From positions 47,556,001 through 47,620,000 of the forward strand of contig NC_086108.1 in NCBI RefSeq assembly GCF_963921235.1: a stretch of 64,000 nt of DNA, written 5' to 3'. Shown here one piece after another: positions 39,101-51,100 of the stretch; positions within the stretch are counted from its first letter, which is position 1, and each line of letters begins with the position of its first letter. The notes under the pieces were generated by a model. That model was not told where the DNA came from, made no database searches, and worked only from the letters and a program-made list of their open reading frames with translations. The translations under genes were made by a program, and so were the position numbers. The stretch is from Mobula hypostoma (taxonomy: Eukaryota).

Positions 39101-42100
39101 AAATAATAATTTGTTACTCAGTTAAATGGTAGTTTGTCTTTGTTGCCTTTTAGCTATTTCCATGAACCTTCGGCTAATAGGGACAGCCACTTAATTGAGC
39201 CAAAATGTACTGGCTCTGATGTGTCCCAATTAACTGGAATCCACTGTATTAGCCTGCACACAGGAAGAGCTCCCCAGTTTTTCTTTAAAGTAAGGCTATG
39301 GAAATGTTTGCATCATTCTGAGAGGGTAGATGGGGCTTTGACTTCTCAAGGACAGCACTTCAGAATGTGAAGCATTGCAAGTGTCAGTGCTGATTCTGTG
39401 CTCTCTAGTTTGTGATACCAATTCCATACCAGCAAAAAAAAATCACAAAACTAACCATAAACACATTTCAACAAACCAATAAAAGAAAACATGAGAAACA
39501 CAGCATGAGAACTACAAGATCATTGGCAACTTAGCAAGAATTTCATAAATTTGCACAGACAATCTGAAAGGATATCAAATATTAAAAGCTAAGGTCCCTT
39601 TAAAATTTGAGTCAGTATAACTTTGGTTGGTAATAACATCTTATTTAAATGTAACTGCTTGAACACAAAACACCCAATGTATACTATCAACTTGGAGGAT
39701 TTAATTTCCTGATATTTTCAACATCACCTTTTCTTTCTCCCAAGGCACCTATGCATCTTGGAATTGAAAAACGAATATGTACTGTATGCAGTTGAGATTA
39801 GAGCAATTTGATTTTCTTTTAATTTACATTAGAAATAATATTTTAAAAGCTATCAGAGAATATTACAAAAAGGAAACCATCAAAATATTCCGACTAATTG
39901 TGCCAGTTATTCCAACTTCAAGACCAATCAAATTATAAAAGAACAGAATGGAGAATGGGCTACCTACCAGCTCTTATTTCAACAAAAAGATCTGAAATAA
40001 TCACTGTGGTAACTGGTGTGGACAGACCAAAAATCCAGAGTTAAGTGTTGATAAAAATGTCAGAAAGGCCTTTTTATTGATCTTAACATAGAACAATCAA
40101 GCACAAAGTGAACTATTACAGTCATTACAAACCTGTAGCTCCAAAAGCGTCTAAACATTCCAGCGGCTTGCGCTCCTGAGCCAGCACAGCAAGAGTGCAG
40201 AATATCAATTGTCTATAATAGATTAAAAAACAAAAGTAAGTCCAAGTAATTTTAGTTTGATAGGGATCTTCACTACGACTACAACTGACATAAAAAGGGT
40301 GGGAAATAATTGTTTAAAAGCCAAAAAAATTGTAAGCTTGAAATATGCATTTTTTTTCCCCAAAAAAGGATAATTCAAAGCAGGTTAATCTACTGCAAAC
40401 AATAAACCACATTAATTTGAAAATACTAGTTAAGTAGAAAAGTCAAAAGAAATTTACTTCAGTCATCAATCTGATCAGTTCACTTGATAAAGATGATTTA
40501 TTCTGTGGGAAGTACAAGCCAGTTTCCAGGTAAGAGACAAGTTTTATTTGTTTACAGATACCCATAAATCAATTTTGTCCATAGGTCAGAAAGCACACAA
40601 AATCCTCATTATGGCAACTGCACAGTATTGTAACGAATGGCATCAAAGTACATAAGACTGACGAGAACAATTCGTAAAAGTAGAGTGGAAACCACCTCTG
40701 CCGTTCATAGAAAAGAACATATGGTACGGATGTTCGTTGGACTTTTGGATTTTGTAATATTTTGGTAACTCCATATTATGTAGGGGTGCCCATATATTAG
40801 GCAACCTTAACCTGGGGATGGCGTGTACTGTACTGTCTACATACAGTAGTTAAAAGGACAAAATAAATCTGCACCAATAATCGGCAGTGGTGATGAGCCA
40901 ATGGGCAAGCTGAAGCTACCCTGCCTAATTCATTGTTAGAGTAACAGACAATACATCACCTGTTAGGTTTCATTTTCGGGTTAAAGAAAGAGTCTGTTTT
41001 TTGAGGAGTTGTGTGGTTTGGAAACACATGAACATCAGTGTCAACTTCTTTCATCACTTTAGTGGTTGACAATTGCCCACTAGTGGCTGAAATGGAGAAT
41101 GACAGACAGAAGAAAATAAACACAACTTCTTTGAAAAATGATACTTCAGAAATATTTATGAGATCCCTAAAGGCTGGATCACGTATGTATCTCTTCCCCT
41201 CTGAGATTAAAAAAAATACAAAATAGTAAGATTAGCAAATTAACAAGATAATATTACTTATCATTTTTTATTTGCTGGTTATATGAATAACATGAAACAT
41301 AGGCCCCTAAATTATTCTTATTGTTCTACAACCTTCTGGACAATAGAAACTCAAGTAATTCAACTCTATCCAAATGAAATTCAATTCATGAGTCAACAAA
41401 TCTGTACACAAACTTATTGTCACTTTCTTACTCCTTGATGAATTTCATGGTGTGGCATTAGTTCAAAGATTCAAAGGTGTATTTATTATGAAAGCATGTA
41501 TCCATACACAACTCTGAAATTTGTCTTCTCCAAATAGCCACCAAAGAACATTAAAGTTGTTCAGAGACAAACATCAAACCTACTCCCCCACACAAAAAAG
41601 AACGACATCCAAATCATCAACTCCCAAAAACACCCTCTCCCTGCACAAAAAGAAGTAGAACATCAATCCCCAAAAAAACCCTCCCTTGCACAAAAAAAAC
41701 CAACAGAACACAACAGAACATCAACCTTCAAACGCCCTGCCCTCCCTCGTACAACAGAAAAGGAAAGGGTGATTAAAAAAAAACGTAGGATATAAAAACC
41801 ACGTACAATCCCATTTATGCAGTAACTGTTGTTTGGACAGTTTGTTCTCTATAATACAGACACTTAACTGCAACCAAGTAACACACACAAAATGTTGGAG
41901 GAACTCAGCAGATCAGGCAGCATCTATGGGAGCACCGAACATAGTAAATGACCCCAACAGACTCATAGGTGAAGTATCACCTCACCCAGTGTGGCCTCCT
42001 GTATATCAGTGAGACCCGACGTAGTTTGGGAGACTGCTTTGCCGAGCATCTACACTCCGTCTGCCAGAAAAAGTGGGATCTCTTAGTGGCCACCCATTTT

Positions 42101-45100
42101 AATTCCACTTCCCATTCTGATATGTCCATCCATGGCCTCCTCCACTGTCATGATGAGGCCACACTTGGGTTTGAGGAATAACACCTTGTATTCCATCTGG
42201 GTAGTCTCCAACTGATGGCATGAACATCGCTTTCTCGAACATCCAGTAAAGCCCCCCCAACCCCCCTTCACCACTTCGCATCCACTTTTCCGTCTCTCAT
42301 CTTATCTCCTTGCCCACCCATTGTCTCCCTCTAGTGCTCCTCCTTCTTTTATTCTTTCTTCCATTGTCTTCTGTCTCTTTCACCAATCAACTTCCCAGCT
42401 CTTTACTTCATTCCTCCCCCTCCAGGTGTCACTTATCACCTGGTGTTTCTCTCTCCCCTCCCCCCACCCTTTTAAATCTACTCCTCAGCTTTTTTCCTCC
42501 AGTCCTGCCAAAGGGTCTCAGTCCGAAACATCAACTGTATTCTTTTCCATAGATGCATGTGTTGCTCGGATTTCCAGCATCTGCAGATTTTCTTGTTTGT
42601 GATTTGCTTAATTTCAACCATATTGGCAGTCCCTGTTTACTTCAAGAGCTCAAATTTTTCACATTTCCTTTTAAGGATAATAATCATTTTTGTGTCCTTG
42701 AACTTCCAAAAACTTGATTGTTTCTTGCATATCAAGTTACCATATCCAAAACATTACTCAATCTGTATTGAACTTTGCACCAGTCACACTTACTGTTTTA
42801 ACTTTACAATTCAGTATTTTTGAATAGGAGCTAAGAAAAACTGTAGACATAAGCATCTATGCTAGTTCGAGTGAAATTCATTCATCTCAAACTGCACCTC
42901 ATTTCAATATACACCATGTTATTAAAATATTGCAGATGAGGTTTACCATGATGCAAGTCCAGTGTTAACAAAGCAAGCATTCTTTCCTCTCAAACAACAG
43001 GAATACTGCAGATGCTGGAAATTCAAGCAACATACATCAAAGTTGCTGGTGAAAGCAGCAGGCCAGGCAGCATCTGTAGGAAGAGGTGCAGTCGACGTTT
43101 CAGGCCGAGACCCTTCGTCAGGACTAACTGAAGGAAGAGTGAGTAAGGGATTTGAAAGCTGGAGGGGGAGGGGGAGATGCAAAATGATAGGATAAGACAG
43201 GAGGGGGAGGGATAGAGCCGAGAGCTGGACAGGTGATAGGCAAAAGGGGATACGAGAGGATCATGGGACAGGAGGTCCGGGAAGAAAGACAGGGGGGGGT
43301 GACCCAGAGGATGGGCAAGAGGTATATTCAGAGGGACAGAGGGAGAAAAAGGAGAGTGAGAGAAAGAATGTGTGCATAAAAATGAGTAACAGCTGGGGTA
43401 CGAGGGGGAGGTGGGGCCTAGCGGAAGTTAGAGAAGTCAATGTTCATGCCATCAGGTTGGAGGCTACCCAGACGGAATATAAGGTGTTGTTCCTCCAACC
43501 TGAGTGTGGCTTCATCTTTACAGTAGAGGAGGCCGTGGATAGACATGTCAGAATGGGAATGGGATGTGGAATTAAAATGTGTGGCCACTGGGAGATCCTG
43601 CTTTCTCTGGCGGACAGAGCGTAGATGTTCAGCAAAGCGGTCTCCCAGTCTGCGTCGGGTCTCACCAATATATAAAAGGCCACATCGGGAGCACCGGACG
43701 CAGTATATCACCCCAGTCGACTCACAGGTGAAGTGATGCCTCACCTGGAAGGACTGTTTGGGGCCCTGAATGGTGGTAAGGGAGGAAGTGTAAGGGCATG
43801 TGTAGCACTTAGAAACATAGAAACATAGAAAATAGGTGCAGGAGTAGGCCATTCGGCCCTTCGAGCCTGCACCGCCATTTATTATGATCATGGCTGATCA
43901 TCCAACTCAGAACCCAGCCTTCCCTCCATACCCCCTGACCCCTGTAGCCACAAGGGCCATATCTAACTTCCTTTTAAACATAGCTAATGAACTGGCCTCA
44001 ACAGTTTGCTGTGGCAGAGAATTCCACAGATTCACCACTCTCTGTGTGAAGAAGTTTTTCCTAATCTCGGTCCTAAAAGGCTTCCCCTCTATCCTCAAAC
44101 TGTGACCCCTCGTTCTGGACCTCCCCAACATCGGGAACAATCTTCCTGCATCTAGCCTGTCCAATCCCTTTAGGATCTTATACGTTTCAATCAGATCCCC
44201 CCTCAATCTTCTAAATTCCAACGAGTACAAGCCCAGTTCATCCAGTCTTTCTTCATATGAAAGACCTGCCATCCCAGGAATCAATCTGGTGAACCTTCTT
44301 TGTACTCCCTCTATGGCAAAGATGTCTTTCCTCAGATTAGGGGACCAAAACTGCACACAATACTCCAGGTGTGGTCTCACCAAGGCCTTGTACAACTGCA
44401 GTAGTACCTCCCTGCTCCTGTACTCGAATCCTCTTGCTATAAATGCCAGCATACCGTTCGCCTTTTTCACCGCCTGCTGTACCTGCATGCCCACTTTCAA
44501 TGACTGGTGTATAATGACACCCAGGTCTCGTTGCACCTCCCCTTTTCCTAATCGGCCACCATTCAGATAATAATCTGTTTTCCTATTTTTGCCACCAAAG
44601 TGGATAACTTCACATTTATCCACATTAAATTGCATCTGCCATGAGTTTGCCCACCCACCCAACCTATCCAAGTCACCCTGCATCCTCTTAGCATCCTCCT
44701 CACTGCTAACACTGCCACCCAGCTTCGTGTCATCCGCAAACTTGGAGATGCTGCATTTAATTCCCTCATCCAAGTCATTAATATATATTGTAAACAACTG
44801 GGGTCCCAGCACTGAGCCTTGCGGTACCCCACTAGTCACCGCCTGCCATTCTGAAAAGGTCCCGTTTATTCCCACTCTTTGCTTCCTGTCTGCTAACCAA
44901 TTCTCCACCCACACCAATACCTTACCCCCAATACCGTGTGCTTTAAGTTTGCACACTAATCTCCTGTGTGGGACCTTGTCAAAAGCCTTTTGAAAATCCA
45001 AATATACCACATCCACTGGTTCTCCCCTATCCACTCTACTAGTTACATCCTCAAAAAATTCTATGAGATTCGTCAGACATGATTTTCCTTTCACAAATCC

Positions 45101-48100
45101 ATGCTGACTTTGTCCGATCATTTCACCGCTTTCCAAATGTGCTGTTATCACATCCTTGATAACTGACTCCAGCAGTTTCCCCACCACCGACGTTAGGCTA
45201 ACGGGCCTATAATTCCCCGGTTTCTCTCTCCCTCCTTTTTTAAAAAGTGGGGTTACATTAGCCACCCTCCAATCCTCAGGAACTAGTCCAGAATCTAACG
45301 AGTTTTGAAAAATTATCACTAATGCATCCACTACTTCTTGGGCTACTTCCTTAAGCACTCTGGGATGCAGACCATCTGGCCCTGGGGATTTATCTGCCTT
45401 CAATCCCTTCAATTTACCTAACATCACTTCCCTACTAACATGTATTTCACTCAGTTCCTCCATCTCACTGGACCCTCTGTCCCTTACTATTTCTGGAAGA
45501 TTATTTATGTCCTCCTTAGTGAAGACAGAACCAAAATAATTATTCAATTGGTCTGCCATGTCCTTGCTCCCCATAATCAATTCACCTGTTTCTGTCTGCA
45601 GGGGACCTACATTTGTCTTTATCAGTCTTTTCCTTTTTACATATCTATAAAAGCTTTTACAGTCCGTTTTTATGTTCTCTGCCAGTTTTCTCTCATAATC
45701 TTTTTTCCCCTTCCTAATTAAGCCCTTTGTCCTCCTCTGCTGAACTCTGAATTTCTCCCAGTCCTCAGGTGAGCCACTTCCTCTGGCTAATTTGTATGCT
45801 ACTTCTTTGGAATTGATACTATCCCTAATTTCTCTTGTCAGCCACGGGTGCACTACCTTCCTTGATTTATTCTTTTGCCAAACTGGGATGAACAATTGTT
45901 GTAGTTCATCCATGCAACCTTTAAATGCCTGCCATTGCATATCCACCGTCAATCCTTTAAGTGTCATTTGCCAGTCTATCTTAGCTAATTCACGACTCAT
46001 ACCTTCAAAGTTACCGCTTACACGGATAAGTGCCAGGAGGGAGATCAGTGGGGAGGGATGGGGGGGACGAATGGACAAGGGAGTTGTGTAGGGAGCGATC
46101 CCTGCGGAATGCAGAGAGGGGGGGGAGGGAAAGATGTGCTTAGTGGTGGGATCCCGTTGGAGGTGGCGGAAGTTACGGAGAATAATATGTTGGACCCGGA
46201 GGCTGGTGGGGTGGTAGGTGAGGACCAGGGGAACCCTATTCTTAGTGGGGTGGTGGGAGGATGGAATGAGAGCAGATGTACGTGAAATGGGGGAAATGCG
46301 TTTAAGAGCAGAGTTGATAGTGGAGGAAGGGAAGCCCCTTTCTTTAAAAAATGAAGACATCTCCCTCGTCCTAGAATGAAAAGCCTCATCCTGAGAGCAG
46401 ATGCGGCGGAAACGGAGGAATTGCGAGAAGGGGATGGCGTTTTTGCAAGAGACAGGGTGAGAAGAGGAATAGTCCAGATAGCTGTGAGAGTCAGTAGGCT
46501 TATAGTAGACATCAGTGGATAAGCTGTCTCCAGAGACAGAGACAGAAAGATCTAGAAAGGGGAGGGAGGTGTCGGAAATGGACCAGGTAAACTTGAGGGC
46601 AAGGTGAAAGTTGGAGGCAAAGTTAATAAAGTCAACGAGTTCTGCATGCGTGCAGGAAGCAGCGCCAATGCAGTTGTCGATGTAGCGAAGGAAAAGTGGG
46701 GGACAGATACCAGAATAGGCACGGAACATAGATTGTTCCACAAACCCAACAAAAAGGCAGGCATAGCTAGGACCCATACGGGTGCCCATAGCTACACCTT
46801 TAGTTTGGAGGAAATGGGAGGAGCAAAAGGAGAAATTATTAAGAGTAAGGACTAATTCCGCTAGACGGAGCAGAGTGGTGGTAGAGGGGAACTGATTAGG
46901 TCTGGAATCCAAAAAGAAGCGTAGAGCTTTGAGACCTTCCTGATGGGGGATGGAAGTATATAAGGACTGGACATCCATGATGAAAATAAAGCGGTGGGGG
47001 CCAGGGAACTTAAAATCATCGAAAAGTTTAAGAGCGTGAGAAGTGTCACGAACATAGGTCGGAAGGGATTGAACAAGGGGTGATAAAACAGTGTCGAGGT
47101 ATGCAGAAAAGAGTTCGGTGGGGCAGGAGCAAACTGAGACAATAGGTCGGCCAGGACAGGCAGGTTTGTGGATCTTGGGTAGGAGGTAGAAACGGGAAGT
47201 GCGGGGTGTGGGAACTATAAGGTTGGTAGCAGTGGAACTGCTCTTTCCTCTATCGTTTTTTGCTCAGATTCTCTTCCAGGGGTGTTTGAATTGAATTGAA
47301 CTGACTTTATTACTTAGATCTTTCACATACATAAGGAGCAAAATCTTTACATTACAGTTCCGTCTAAATGTGCAATGTTCAATTTATAGTAATTTATAAT
47401 AAATAGTATGTACAAAGGATAGTCAATATAACATAGAAATACAGTTGTGTCAGCATGAATTAATCAGTCTGATGGCCTGGTGGAAGAAGCTGTCTCAGAG
47501 CCTGTTGATCCTGGCTTTTATGCTGTGATACTGTTTCCCGGATGGTAGCAGCTGGAACAGTTTGTGGTTGTGGTGACTCGGGTCCCCAATGATCCTTCAG
47601 GCCCTTTTTACACACCTGTCTTTCTATATGTCCTGAATAGTGGGAAATTCACGTCTACAGATGCTCTGGGCTGTCCACACCACTCTCTGCAGAGTCCTGT
47701 GACTGAGGGAAGTACAGTTCCCATATGAGGCAGTGATGCAGCCAGTCAGGATGCTCTCAATTGTGCCCCTGTAGACAATTCTTAGGATTTGGGGGCCCAT
47801 ACCAAACCCCTTCAACCATCTGAGGTGAACGAGGTGCTGTTGTGCCTTTTTCACTACTCAGCCAGTATGTACAGACCACGTGAGATCCTCAGTGATGTTT
47901 ATGCCGAGGAATTTAAAGCTGTTCACTCTCTCAAACCCAGATCCATTGATGTCAATAGGGGTTAGCCTGTCTCCATTCCTCCTGTAGTCTACAACCAGCT
48001 GCTTTGTTTTTGTGACATTGAGGGAGAGGTTGTTTTCTTGACACAACTGTGTCAGAGAGATGACTTCTTCTCTGCAGGCCACCTCGTTATTGTTTGAGAT

Positions 48101-51100
48101 TATTCCAATCAGTGTAGTGTTGTTAGCAAATTTAATTAGCAGATTGGAGCTGTGAGCAGCAACACAGCCATGGGTATACAGAGAGTAAAGGAGGGGGCTT
48201 AGTACACAGCCCTGAGGCAGTCAGAGGGAACCCACTCCTACCACCTGCCAGCGATCTGACAGGAAGTTTTTTGGCATCTCAACTAATTCTTGTAAATCTT
48301 AAAACACAAAGTGCCAGCAGAAGACCAGAATAGGAATGGCATATCCAGCAACTGAAGCCTGCAATGATTTGAAGAAATCACAGCTCCTCTGCATGCTAAG
48401 TCCAATTCACACCTCGATTTTACATCCTCCACACCCACTCCCCAACCCCTATCCCATCAATCTATTTACTCAGCAGATCTTATTCTCCTTATACTATAAG
48501 ACCATAAGATATAGGAGCAGAAGGAGGCCATTTGGCCCATCAAGACTGTGCTGATCCAATTCCTTCAGACATCCCCTCTCCGCTGCCTTCTCCCCATACC
48601 CTTTGTTGCCCAGGCTAATCAAGAACCTATCTATCTCTGCTTTAAATGCACCCAACAAATTGGTCTCCACAGCCGCTTGTGGCAACAAATTCCACAGATT
48701 TACCACCCTCTGACTAAAGTAATTTCTCCGCATCTCTGTTCTAAATGGACATCCTTCAATCCTGAAGTTGTGCCTTCTTGTCCTGCACTCCTCTACCATG
48801 GGAAATAACTTTGCCATATCTAATCTGTTCGGGCCTTTTAACATTTGGAATGCTTCTATGAGATTCCCCCTTATTCTCCTGAACTCCAGGGAATACAGCT
48901 CAAGAGCTGCCAGACGTTCCTCATACAGTAACCCTTTCATTCCTGGAATTTGCCTTCTTCACCACTGACTCAACCTGGAGACTCCCAAGTCCCTTTGCAT
49001 CTCTGCATTTTGAATTCTCTCCACATCTAAATAATAGTCTTCCCGTTTACTTCTTCCACCAAAGTGCATGACCATACACTTTCCAACATCGTATTTCATT
49101 TGCCACTTCTTTGCCCTAAACCTTCTTTCTGCAGGTTCTCTGTTTCCTCAACACTACCCGCTCCTCCACCTACCTTTGTATCATCAGCAAATTTATACCT
49201 GTAAGGCACAAGTATTTGGCCTACTGGCTCCAAGCCAGCACCCATGAAAGCAAGCTCATTACTTCCATCTCCTATCATTTCCTCCTCTTTTCCCTGGATC
49301 TTACTCTGTCCCAACAAGTCAACTAATTCCCCTTTGATTCTGCTAGTCATTAATGAACAACAAATAGTTATTTGTAGTTGCCAGACTGCCTGCACATGAA
49401 ATCAAGCACCTACAATCCCACACCTGAAGAATGTGCAAATCCTACATGGACAACATTTGAGGTCAGAATCAAACCGGTCCCTGGAGCTATCAGGCAGCAC
49501 CACCACCATGTAAATTTACTTAGAGATATAGCTCGGAATCGGCCCTTCAAGCCACACTACCCAGCAACGCCCGATTTAACCCTAGCTTAATCACGGGACA
49601 ATCTTGCAACAACCAATTCACCTCCTAAGCGGTACATCTTTGGACTGTGGGAAGAAACTGAAGCACTCAGAGAAAACCTATGCATTCCACAGGTAGGACG
49701 TATAAACTCCTTACAGATGACATCAGGACTGAGCTGCAAACTCCGACATGCTGAGCTGTAAAAGCGCCATGCTAATCACTAGGTTGCCGTGGCCTCCCCA
49801 ATGCAGAATCACAGCCTCCTTGCCCAGAGCAACAAAAACACCAAATCTGGCCCACAAGACCACGAGTGAATATCAAATCTAAAAATGCTAGAAACACTCA
49901 GCAAGTCAGGTAACATCTGCACAGAGAACAAGAGTTAATTTCTGATCAAAGACCCTCCGTCAGAATTAGGAAAGGGAAAACAAATTGGATTTAAGCTGTA
50001 GAGAGAATCAAAATGCAAACTATTATCATATTTTCTGGAAATGTCCCATTATCAAAGACTATTGGAGTGGGATACACAATGTCCTACAAGACATCTTTAA
50101 ATGTGAAATACCCTTGGAAAGTAAGACCATATATTTTGGGTATATACCTCAAGAATGGTTGAAAAGAGATAAATATTTAATGAATGTACTGCTGGTGGCT
50201 GGTAAAAAGACCCTTACCAGGAAATGGTCATCACAGGAGAGCCCAACTTTAAATGTATAGATGGAAATTACAATGGACATTTACAAAATGGAGAAGATAA
50301 CAGCATTTGTTAATCATAAGTTGGAACAACTTGATTCATACTGGGACAAATGGTTTAACTACATAATACCTCATAGGCCTGATTTTATTCTCACAAGTCA
50401 ATGAGTATGTTGTAAAAAAAAATCACTCCTTACTTTGTACATAGTTTTCTTCTTTTGATTGTTCTTTCTTTCCTCTCCTTTCTATAAGTGTATACTCAGA
50501 TAAATATTAAGTGGAGAAACCATAGAAAAACTACAGCACAGAAACAGGCCTTTTGGCCCTTCTTGGCTGTGCCGAACCATTTTCTGCCTAGTCCCACTGA
50601 CCTGCACACGGACCATATCCCTCCATACACCTCCCATCCATATATCTGTCCAATTTATTCTTAAATGTTAAAAAAGAACCCGCATTTACCACCTCGTCTG
50701 GCAGCTCATTCCACTCTCCCACCACTCTCTGTGTGAAGAATGTTCCCTTTAAACTTTTCCCCCTTCACCCTTAACCCATGTCCTCTGGTTTTTTTCTCCC
50801 CTTGCCTCAGTGGAAAAAGCCTGCTTGCATTCACTCTATCTATACCCATCATAATTTTATATATCTCTATCAAATCTCCCCTCATTCTTCTACGCTCCAG
50901 GGAATAAAGTCCTAACCTATTCAACCTTTCTCTGTAACTGAGTTTCTCAAGTCCCGGCAATATCCTTGTAAACCTTCTCTGCGCTCTTTCAATCTTATTA
51001 ATATTCTTCCTGTAATTTGGTGACCAAAACTGCACACAGAAAAACATAGAAAACCTACAGCAAAGTACAGGCCCTTCAGCCCACGATGCTGTGCCGAAAA

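Larger units (their letters stand above)
42991..47241 (-). mobile_element. Young 5'-truncated Penelope-like element (RT, GIY-YIG and hammerhead terminus), split by a CR1 insertion
   Basis: [66 protein letters not shown]; 10-bp TSD tctttcctct (42981-42990, 47242-47251). Confidence 0.95.

Noticed and set aside
41570..41760. Spaced repeats suggestive of a CRISPR-like array
   Set aside because: The units are degenerate A/C-rich tandem copies without unique spacers, in a vertebrate intron with no cas genes.
44289..46855. Plus-strand ORFs over the CR1/PLE, and the many other short ORFs in the track
   Set aside because: They are antisense or off-frame shadows of TE coding sequence, or random short ORFs with no recognisable motifs.
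43907..46978. The 1023-aa ORF as a genuine host gene or a single novel retroelement
   Set aside because: It is fully explained by a CR1 inserted into a TSD-bounded PLE plus a 1-nt homopolymer shift; kept only as a chimera finding.
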